Shown piece after piece: positions 57,046 through 64,000 of a stretch of DNA of 64,000 bases. The DNA is taken from positions 4,512,001 through 4,576,000 of the forward strand of contig CBDCJH010000002.1 in NCBI GenBank assembly GCA_965217775.1. The letters are read 5' to 3'. A program made the position numbers and the translations under genes. The stretch comes from Acidobacteriota bacterium (GTDB lineage Bacteria > Acidobacteriota > UBA6911 > RPQK01 > JAJDTT01). Position 1 is the stretch's first letter. Each line of letters opens with the position of its first letter. The notes beneath the pieces were generated by a model. It made no database searches. It saw only the letters and a list, made by a program, of their open reading frames with translations, and was not told the origin of the DNA.

Positions 57046-58185
57046 CTACCGGATCCGTTCCCGAATCCAGCCTCCGCCCAGGACCCGGTCACCCTGGTAG
57101 AAGACCGTTGCCTGACCCGGGGAAACCGACATCTGAGGAGCGTCGAAGACGACACGCGCCACGCCTCGTCCGTTCTCCCCTGCCGCCGTCCCGCAGCTGA
57201 TCTCCGCGGGGGCCTCGGCATGCCGGGAACGGATCTTGACCGAGGCTCGGACCGGGCGCCGGGGCGTCCGTCCCGAGATCCAATGGACACGCTCGGCCAC
57301 CAGACCCGTGCTGAACAGCTCCTCCTTGTAACCGACGATCACGGCGTTCCTCCGCCGGTCCAGACGCCGGACGTACAGAGGCCGTGGATGCGAGATACCC
57401 AAGCCCCGCCTCTGTCCCACCGTGAATCGAAACAGTCCCCGGTGAGTCCCCACCCTCGAACCGTCCCCCATGAGCACCGGCCCGGTACGCTGCTGCTCCT
57501 GCAGGACCGGCAGAAAGCCCTGATCCACCTCTTTGGCCTGCCGGCGAATGAAATCCGTGTAATTGCCCCCGGAGACGAAACAGATTTCCTGGCTCTCCGG
57601 TTTGTCGGCCGTGATCAGCCCATGGGCGCGGGCGATGTCCCGAACCGCGGCCTTGGGATACTCGCCCACGGGAAAGAGCGTCCGGGCCAACTGATCCTGG
57701 TTGAGCTCAAACAGAAAATAGGACTGGTCTTTGTCCGTGTCCCGGGCCTTCAGGAGCAGATGGCCGTCCTCTTCATCGTGGTCCACCCGGACGTAGTGAC
57801 CGGTGGCCACCCGCTGGTAGCCGATCTGACGAGCGAAATCCATCAACCGGTCGAACTTGACGAAGGTATTGCAGAGGACGCAGGGAGACGGAGTCCTGCC
57901 CTCCAGGTACTCTCCGATAAAGGTCCGGATGACCTTTTTCCGAAAGACCTTCTCCATGTTGACGACGTAAAACGGCACCGACAACCTTTCGGCCACCCGG
58001 CGCGCGTCGTAGGTGTCGTCCAGCGAGCAGCAACGGCCGGACCGGACCGCGGTTCCCTGCGGGTCCTTGCGGTGGTCCCACAGCCGCATGGTGCAACCCA
58101 CGATGTCGTAGCCCGCATCCTTGAGCAGGACCGCGGCGGCGGAGCTGTCCACACCGCCGCTCATGGCCAGAAGGACTCGCTCCAT
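57046..58185 (-). CDS. mnmA: tRNA 2-thiouridylase
   Basis: AMSGGVDSS, TPSPCVLCN, ATGHY, KDQSYFL, ESQEICF, TVGQRRGL, SPGQ. Confidence 0.95.
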   Translation of the reverse strand: MERVLLAMSGGVDSSAAAVLLKDAGYDIVGCTMRLWDHRKDPQGTAVRSGRCCSLDDTYDARRVAERLSVPFYVVNMEKVFRKKVIRTFIGEYLEGRTPSPCVLCNTFVKFDRLMDFARQIGYQRVATGHYVRVDHDEEDGHLLLKARDTDKDQSYFLFELNQDQLARTLFPVGEYPKAAVRDIARAHGLITADKPESQEICFVSGGNYTDFIRRQAKEVDQGFLPVLQEQQRTGPVLMGDGSRVGTHRGLFRFTVGQRRGLGISHPRPLYVRRLDRRRNAVIVGYKEELFSTGLVAERVHWISGRTPRRPVRASVKIRSRHAEAPAEISCGTAAGENGRGVARVVFDAPQMSVSPGQATVFYQGDRVLGGGWIRERIR

Positions 58186-58333
58186 GTTTGCCGATCGCTC
58201 CTCTTCTTCGTTCCGATCCACGACCTGGCAGCCCGGGACAAGAACGGGCGACCGCAAGGGTCGCCCTTTTCGCTACCGTGCGCCCATTGGTTCCCGGAGC
58301 GGCCTCAATCTGGATTCTACCGGGGACAATCGG

Positions 58334-59107
58334 CTAAGACCAAAGGAACCCGCGCGATATGATCTCGATCTGCGAGTGGTTCACCGGTACCTCGTAAGGC
58401 TCGATGTCCTCGACGTGGGGCCGAAACTCGACCCGGATTCGACCGAAGCGATACCGCAGGTCGGCACGAAACGACTCGACCATCTCATGGAGATCGCGGT
58501 CCGTGCCGGCGGCGTCCGTGCTTTTCCGGACCGTGGGTTCGTCGTCCCGCAGAGGCAACCGATCCCACTCCCGAGCCAGTTCGGAAAACAAGCTCCTGAC
58601 GGTCGCCAGCCGGCGGTCCCGGTGAGTACCCACCGACTTCTCCTCGGCCACCATCTCGATCATCGCCATTTTCAGCTCGATGACCCGGCGCAGGAAGACA
58701 TCCCGCAACTCTTCCCGCTGCAGGACTCGCTCCCGGACCTCTCTCTGATGGCAACGCTGGAGAAATTCCTCCCGGCTCTCGTAGGGGCTTGAGTAGAGGT
58801 CCAACTCGATATTCTTCCAGATTCGGGGCCGATAGTTACGGATCGAGTGATGGATGATCATACTGTCGGCGAAATCGGGCCAATCCAATTCTCTCGGGGG
58901 ATCGAACTCCTCGATCTCGTCCGGATTCACCGGAGTGACCATGTCCGGCGTCCAGTTGAGATCGGCGTCGTCCAACCACTCGCCACAGAAACATTCCGAC
59001 GTGGAGGCCCGGAAATTGGATCTCACGTCCTGGACGTCCTGCCGGAGGAGGAAAAACAGTGAGGGAGTGGACACCTCACTCGCGCCAAGTCTTCGATAGT
59101 GTTTCAA
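58334..59107 (-). CDS. Hypothetical protein (resembles the C-terminal region of DUF87/HerA-like ATPases)
   Basis: Long ORF with LYSSPYESREEFLQRC followed by a coiled coil. Start is uncertain. Confidence 0.5.
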   Translation of the reverse strand: MKHYRRLGASEVSTPSLFFLLRQDVQDVRSNFRASTSECFCGEWLDDADLNWTPDMVTPVNPDEIEEFDPPRELDWPDFADSMIIHHSIRNYRPRIWKNIELDLYSSPYESREEFLQRCHQREVRERVLQREELRDVFLRRVIELKMAMIEMVAEEKSVGTHRDRRLATVRSLFSELAREWDRLPLRDDEPTVRKSTDAAGTDRDLHEMVESFRADLRYRFGRIRVEFRPHVEDIEPYEVPVNHSQIEIISRGFLWS

Positions 59108-59177
59108 GATGGATGCCAGCCGCCGGAGATTATAGCACGGAGACGAATAGTGGCCTGATGCAGAGGAGTTCGGTGAC

Positions 59178-59286
59178 TGTCGGATTGACAGACACCAGAT
59201 GTCCAAACATTTTACATATCCTATCTCATTGATATCATTGGGCTTCCATCGATACGGGCTTTCGGCGACTGTCAAACCCGTTGACG
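59178..59286. promoter_or_regulatory. Putative enhancer-binding-protein sites (17-bp TGTC-N9-GACA-like)
   Basis: TGTCGGATTGACAGACA, TGTCCAAACATTTTACA and TGTCAAACCCGTTGACG upstream of the sigma54 promoter. Confidence 0.55.
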
Positions 59287-59340
59287 GCTCCGTTTTTGAT
59301 CGACCGACGTAACCTCAATAATTTCAACGGTTTCCGTAGT

Positions 59341-59356
59341 TGGCACGCGTCTTGCT
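59341..59356 (+). promoter_or_regulatory. Sigma54 promoter of the ECF sigma gene
   Basis: TGGCAC-GCGTC-TTGCT, 28 bp before the ATG. Confidence 0.82.
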
Positions 59357-59383
59357 ACAGGAGTGCCTCAGAAGGAGGTGTTC

Positions 59384-59956
59384 ATGAGAGCATACGCTGC
59401 GAAACCGGCATCTTGGGAAGGACGGCTGATCTCGGGAGTCCGCAACGGGGACGAGGGAGCCTTCCAGGAACTCTTCAGGCGATTCCAGGGAAACATCTAT
59501 GGAACGGCGCTCCGAATTCTCAAGGAGGAGCAGGCTGCCTGGGACGCACTGCAGGAGACCTTCGTCAACGTTCACAGGGCCTGCCACAAGTTCCGGGGCG
59601 ACTCCAAGCTGAGCACCTGGATCAACAGAATCACCATCAACGTCTGCCTGGAGATGCTCCGGCGGAACCGGAAGCATCGCCGCAACTTGGACGGGGACGT
59701 TTCGGAATGGGTCCACTTGGAGGACGCTTCCCAGCGGACCCCCTTTGAAGAGTTCCGGCGCACGGAGATCAGGAAACGTGTCCGGGCCGGCATCTCGGCC
59801 CTCAACGAACGCCACCGCAAGGTGGTCTGGCTGCACGACCTGGAAGGCTTCACCATCCGAGAAATCGCCGAATCCCTGGAAGTCGCCGAAGGCACGATCA
59901 AGTCCCGTCTCTTCTACGGCCGCCGCCAACTGAGGCAACGCCTCGAGGCAGCCTGA
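59384..59956 (+). CDS. ECF RNA polymerase sigma factor
   Basis: DALQETF, FRGDSKLSTWINRITINVC, EIAESL..AEGTIKSRLFYGR. AGGAGGT RBS. Confidence 0.92.
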   Translation: MRAYAAKPASWEGRLISGVRNGDEGAFQELFRRFQGNIYGTALRILKEEQAAWDALQETFVNVHRACHKFRGDSKLSTWINRITINVCLEMLRRNRKHRRNLDGDVSEWVHLEDASQRTPFEEFRRTEIRKRVRAGISALNERHRKVVWLHDLEGFTIREIAESLEVAEGTIKSRLFYGRRQLRQRLEAA

Positions 59957-60076
59957 GCCTCGGCGGCAAAATTTCGCCGCGGCCTCCTCCCCCCGGCCGC
60001 GGCGACTGGAAGGGCGGCTTTCCGGTCGCCCATTCCCAGTAGGCATACGAGGGCGCCCACAAGGGGCGCCCCTACG

Positions 60077-61492
60077 TTACCTGGCGGCCCGGTACCGTTT
60101 CAGCTTCGAGATAATGGTCTGGCGGCTCACCTGGAGCGCTTCGGCGGCCCGGCTCCGGTTGTTGTCGTGGACGCGGAGGGCCTCCAGGATGAGCTCGCGT
60201 TCCAGTTGGGCCAGCCTCTGCCTCAAGGACCCCTGGGCGGGGCCCGATTCGGGTGGAAAGGAGATCCTCCCCGACAGCGCCGAAGGTGAGATGGGGCGGT
60301 CCGGCTCGGCAAGAATGACCAGCCTCTCCACCTCGTTCTCCAGTTCCCGGACATTGCCGGGCCAGGAATATCCTCGGAGCACTTCCAGAGTCCTGGGATC
60401 GAAACCACAGCCGAACTTGTTCAGCCGCCGGCAGGAACGCTCCAGAAAGAAATGGGCCAGCTCGTCCACGTCCTCCGGCCGGGCCCTGAGGGGAGGCACC
60501 ATGACGGTGAACACGTTGAGCCGGAAGAAGAGATCCTGACGAAAGCGGCCTTCGGCGACTTCCCGGCTCAGGTCCCGGTTCGTGGACGCGACCACGCGGA
60601 CGTCGATCTTCTTGGGAGCTTCGGCACCCACCGGAAAAATTTCGCTCTCCTGAAGCGCCCGGAGCAGCTTCACCTGAAGGTCCAGCGGCGCCTCTCCCAC
60701 CTCGTCCAAAAAAATCGTGCCGCCGTCGGCCAGCTCGAAGTATCCCCTCTTCTCCTCCGTCGCACCGGTGAAGGCTCCCCTTTTGTGACCGAAGAACGCG
60801 CTCTCCACCAGGTCGGCCGGGACGGCGGCGCAGTTGACCGGCACGAAGGCCTCACCCGCTCTGGGACTCCGATCATGAACGTACCGGGCCAGGAGCTCCT
60901 TTCCGGTTCCGGTCTCCCCCTGCAGAAAGACCGTGGAACTGGTGGGGGACACCCGGTCCAGCGAACGAAGCAGCGCCTTGATGGCGCGGCTGCGATAGAC
61001 GAGCCTGGGCTTGGAATCTTTCAAGAGCTGCTTTTCCTCTCGCAGCTTCAGGTTTTCCGCCTCGAGACGGCTGTTGATCCGGTGGAGCTCCCGTCCGAGA
61101 CGCTCCTGCTCCCGCTTCAACTCCCAGCGGCCCAACTCCTGTTTCACCACCTTCCGCAGAGAGCGAGGATCCCAGGGTTTGGTGATGTAACGATGGACGT
61201 GCCCCTGATTGATGGCGTCCATCAGGTCCTCCGACTCGGTGTAGCCGGTGAGGATGATCCGGACCGTTCGGGGCCGGATCCGCAGCGAACGATGCAGCAA
61301 CTCCACACCGTTCATGGCCGGCATCCGTTGATCCGTGATAATGGCCGAGACCTCCCTCCGGCGCAGCAAGTCCAGAGCCGCCCGGCCGGAGGAGGCCTCC
61401 AGCACCTCGTAATCGTTGATGAAGGTGCGGCGCAGCTTCTGAAGATTGCCCGCCTCGTCGTCGACCACCAGCAGTGAATACCTGTCATTCAT
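60077..61492 (-). CDS. Sigma54-dependent response regulator (NtrC family)
   Basis: Receiver VVDDE/TDQRMP, GETGTGKE, GAFTGA, FLDEVG, WPGNVREL and a Fis-type HTH. Confidence 0.94.
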   Translation of the reverse strand: MNDRYSLLVVDDEAGNLQKLRRTFINDYEVLEASSGRAALDLLRRREVSAIITDQRMPAMNGVELLHRSLRIRPRTVRIILTGYTESEDLMDAINQGHVHRYITKPWDPRSLRKVVKQELGRWELKREQERLGRELHRINSRLEAENLKLREEKQLLKDSKPRLVYRSRAIKALLRSLDRVSPTSSTVFLQGETGTGKELLARYVHDRSPRAGEAFVPVNCAAVPADLVESAFFGHKRGAFTGATEEKRGYFELADGGTIFLDEVGEAPLDLQVKLLRALQESEIFPVGAEAPKKIDVRVVASTNRDLSREVAEGRFRQDLFFRLNVFTVMVPPLRARPEDVDELAHFFLERSCRRLNKFGCGFDPRTLEVLRGYSWPGNVRELENEVERLVILAEPDRPISPSALSGRISFPPESGPAQGSLRQRLAQLERELILEALRVHDNNRSRAAEALQVSRQTIISKLKRYRAAR

Positions 61493-63603
61493 GATTTCAG
61501 GGGCAGCCGGACGCAGAAACGGGTGCCGCGTCCCACTTCGCTCTCCACTTCGATCGACCCTTGGTGCTGCTGCACGATCCCATAGCTGATGCTCAGACCC
61601 AGTCCCGTGCCCTGACCCACGGCCTTGGTGGTAAAGAAGGGCTCGAAGACCTTCCCCAGATGTTTCTTCCTGATTCCGGAACCGTCGTCCTCGATCTCGA
61701 TCACCGCCTCTCCGTTGTCGGTCGAAGTCCGGATCCGGATCTCACCGCGATCGAGAATAGCCTGACAAGCATTGGAGAGGACGTTCATGAAGACCTGGCT
61801 CATGCGCCCCGGGTGGCATTGCACCGGGGGCACGTCGCCATAGTCCTTTTGAATTCGGATCCGGTCGCGGTATTCGTTGTGCAGCAGGTTCAACGCCAGA
61901 TCCAGCGGCTCCTGGATCGGAACCCGCTGCGTCTTGTCCACGTCCATCCTGGAGAAGGTCCTCAGGTCTCCGATGATGGCGTGGATTCGCTCGGCCCCCT
62001 CCTCGAAGTTGTCCATCAGGCGGTCGAGATCCTCGATGACGAAATCGTAGTTGATGCGCCGCCGCAGGGAATCGAGCGTCTCCCGATCCTCCGGCCCGAG
62101 TCCGGAATGGCTATCGTAGAAGCGGATCACCTCTTCCAGCTTCTGAACGTACTGGCGCAGGAAGTCGGTGTTGCCGTAGATGAAGTTGAGGGGATTCTTG
62201 ATCTCGTGGGCGATGCCGGCGACCAGTTGGCCCAGCGACGCCATCTTTTCGCTCTGCACCAGTTGTACCTGCGTTTCCTTGAGTTCCTGATACGCCTTCC
62301 GAACTTCCCGGCCGGTCCGCTCCAGTTCGCTGGTCCTCTTCCTGACCTTCTCTTCCAGGCTGCGATTGAGCTCGATCAGGGCGTGGCTCCGATCCTGAAG
62401 CGACTGGGCCATTTCATTGAAGGTCACCGCCAACTCGCCGATCTCGTCCCGGGAGGCCACCTGCACCCGCTGGTCCAGCTCGCCCCCGGCCAGCACGCGG
62501 GCTCCCCGGGTGAGCCGTTTGACCGGGATGGTGATGCCCCGGGCGATGGAGTAGGTCAGCAGTCCCACCAGCAGGGCGGTCAGCGAGACGGCCCCCATCA
62601 GCACCTGCTTGAGGTCCTGCACGGGGGCGAAGATGTCTTCGTCGTTGATGCCGACTCCGCAGATCCACTGGAAGAAATCATGATTCACCACCGCCAGGCC
62701 GCTGATCTTGGAAGTGCCGGGGGGATACTCGTAGTAGAAGTGGGTGGCGCCGCCGGCGATGGCGTTCTGGAGATCTTCGAGGCCGTGGTCCTCCGCCAGA
62801 CGCGACCCGTAGTTGTCCACCAGGGGAACCCTCCCCCCTCCCGAGCCCGGCCGATTCCTCCGGTACTTGTGCCCGATGACGGTGTTCACGTCCTTTCCGA
62901 AGAGAAAGGCGTATCCGGAGGTCAGAGAGCGCCGTTCCAGATCCTCTTCGATGTTGTCCAGGATCGCTTGGACATACTCCCAGTTCATGTAGGCCAGGAT
63001 CCCTCCCAGCATCGCCCCCTCCGACATGAAGGGAGCCGCGAATCCGATGGATCTCTGGCGGGCGAGATCGTCGTCCTGATAGGAGTAGAGTTGCCGGATC
63101 AGAGGCGAGGCGTGCCAGTCCAGGTATCCGAATCGCCCCTGGCGGACCTGCTCCAGCCAACTGCCGTCCTCGGTATAGGAAAGGAGGTTCTGTCCCCGCA
63201 GGCCCGCGAGCCGTTCCGGGTCCAGACGCACGCCCACGGTGTTACGGTCGATGCTGCTGGTGGAGAGCACACGGCCCTCCCTGTCGAACAGCACCAGCAG
63301 GTCGTAGACCTCGTGCACCACCACCAACTGGTCCAGCAGCAGCGTGGGAGGATCGACGCGCCGGATCAGATAGTCTCCCAGTTCCCGGTAGAGGGTCATG
63401 GAGACCGTCTCCTCCTTCTTTTCCAGCATCGAAAGCAGGATGTTGTCGGCGATCCCCTGTGCGACCTGCTCCAGATAGAGGACGGTCCGGTCCTGGGTGA
63501 TCTGTTCCTTGGCCCGGTAATAGGCGAAATAACAGATGGCGGCCAAGGGGATCACCGCCAAAGGGAGAATGAAGAGGACCAGTTTGTGCCGGAGGCTTCT
63601 CAC
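61489..63603 (-). CDS. Sensor histidine kinase (periplasmic sensor, HAMP)
   Basis: Two TMs, HAMP (SRDEIGEL), AHEIKNPL, NACQA, DDGSG, FEPFFTTK, GTGLGL. GTG start at 63603. Confidence 0.93.
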   Translation of the reverse strand: MRSLRHKLVLFILPLAVIPLAAICYFAYYRAKEQITQDRTVLYLEQVAQGIADNILLSMLEKKEETVSMTLYRELGDYLIRRVDPPTLLLDQLVVVHEVYDLLVLFDREGRVLSTSSIDRNTVGVRLDPERLAGLRGQNLLSYTEDGSWLEQVRQGRFGYLDWHASPLIRQLYSYQDDDLARQRSIGFAAPFMSEGAMLGGILAYMNWEYVQAILDNIEEDLERRSLTSGYAFLFGKDVNTVIGHKYRRNRPGSGGGRVPLVDNYGSRLAEDHGLEDLQNAIAGGATHFYYEYPPGTSKISGLAVVNHDFFQWICGVGINDEDIFAPVQDLKQVLMGAVSLTALLVGLLTYSIARGITIPVKRLTRGARVLAGGELDQRVQVASRDEIGELAVTFNEMAQSLQDRSHALIELNRSLEEKVRKRTSELERTGREVRKAYQELKETQVQLVQSEKMASLGQLVAGIAHEIKNPLNFIYGNTDFLRQYVQKLEEVIRFYDSHSGLGPEDRETLDSLRRRINYDFVIEDLDRLMDNFEEGAERIHAIIGDLRTFSRMDVDKTQRVPIQEPLDLALNLLHNEYRDRIRIQKDYGDVPPVQCHPGRMSQVFMNVLSNACQAILDRGEIRIRTSTDNGEAVIEIEDDGSGIRKKHLGKVFEPFFTTKAVGQGTGLGLSISYGIVQQHQGSIEVESEVGRGTRFCVRLPLKS

Positions 63604-63617
63604 GGGACTCCCTTCAG

Positions 63618-63679
63618 TGTCCAGTTTATGGACAGTCCAGTGACAAATTTTACTACATTTGGTGTCTGTGTCAACGGCG
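63618..63679. promoter_or_regulatory. Putative autoregulatory sites upstream of the two-component operon
   Basis: TGTCCAGTTTATGGACA palindrome, a second site TGACAAATTTTACTACA, and CAGACACCAAATGT (minus strand) matching 59189-59202. Confidence 0.55.
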
Positions 63680-63820
63680 GAGGGGCGATTTCCAGTCGCC
63701 CACTCTTCGCTCACCCAACCCATTAAAGGGGGACTCCCTCCGGGACGGCGGTTGGAAACCGCCGCTCCACTGGGCGACTGGAAATCGCCCCTCCGGTCGG
63801 CGGCTGGAAACCGCCGCTCC
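63680..63820. repeat. REP-like hairpin cluster
   Basis: GGGCGATTTCCAGTCGCCC, 2 x GGCGGYTGGAAACCGCCGCTCC and GGGCGACTGGAAATCGCCCCTCC. Confidence 0.8.
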
Positions 63821-64000
63821 CTATTCCGCTCTGAAGGTCTCGGATCGAACGGTGATTTGATCGATCCACTTGAGGTCGGGCTCGTAACCGATCCCGGGGT
63901 CCGTGGAAGGAGTGATGGTCCCGTCCGCGTCGACTTCGATGGGAGGCCGAGCCGTGTCCCGATGGAAATAGCGTCGGCTGGCCGAGACGTCGCCGGGGAG
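63821..64000 (-). CDS. menC: o-succinylbenzoate synthase / NSAR enolase-family C-terminus (partial)
   Basis: LPGDVSASRRYFHRD...DGTI..STDPGIGYEPD...RAE*. Confidence 0.75.
   Translation of the reverse strand, partial: LPGDVSASRRYFHRDTARPPIEVDADGTITPSTDPGIGYEPDLKWIDQITVRSETFRAE

Overview
GC-rich bacterial chromosomal window, most likely Acidobacteriota (inferred from the tandem carboxypeptidase-domain TonB-dependent receptors ending in FRFSF, plus lpxB, an M1-TPR protein and a cytochrome c/Cu-monooxygenase/TPR protein). Most of it is metabolic and housekeeping genes: a glcDE fusion, glcF, ilvC, pabB, mobA, cysH, sat-cysC, mnmA, lpxB, menC, a peptide ABC system, a sigma54 two-component system with an ECF sigma factor, tRNA-His and tRNA-Ala. 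The unusual content is structural. (1) A 4.3-kb 'accordion' between convergent glcF and a TonB receptor gene alternates decayed copies of both genes' 3' ends with small cargo genes. Nearly every junction carries the same ~20-bp motif, and there is no integrase or transposase in the window. (2) A 158-bp fold-back MITE is present in 4 copies. Its insertion adds 162 bp (54 codons) and is stop-free in 5 of 6 frames, and an empty/filled site pair is visible within the window. (3) A decayed island beside tRNA-Ala shows the same 3'-end duplication around a toxin-antitoxin pair. (4) Many REP-like hairpins occur in intergenic regions. All protein assignments come from motif recognition by eye; no searches were run.
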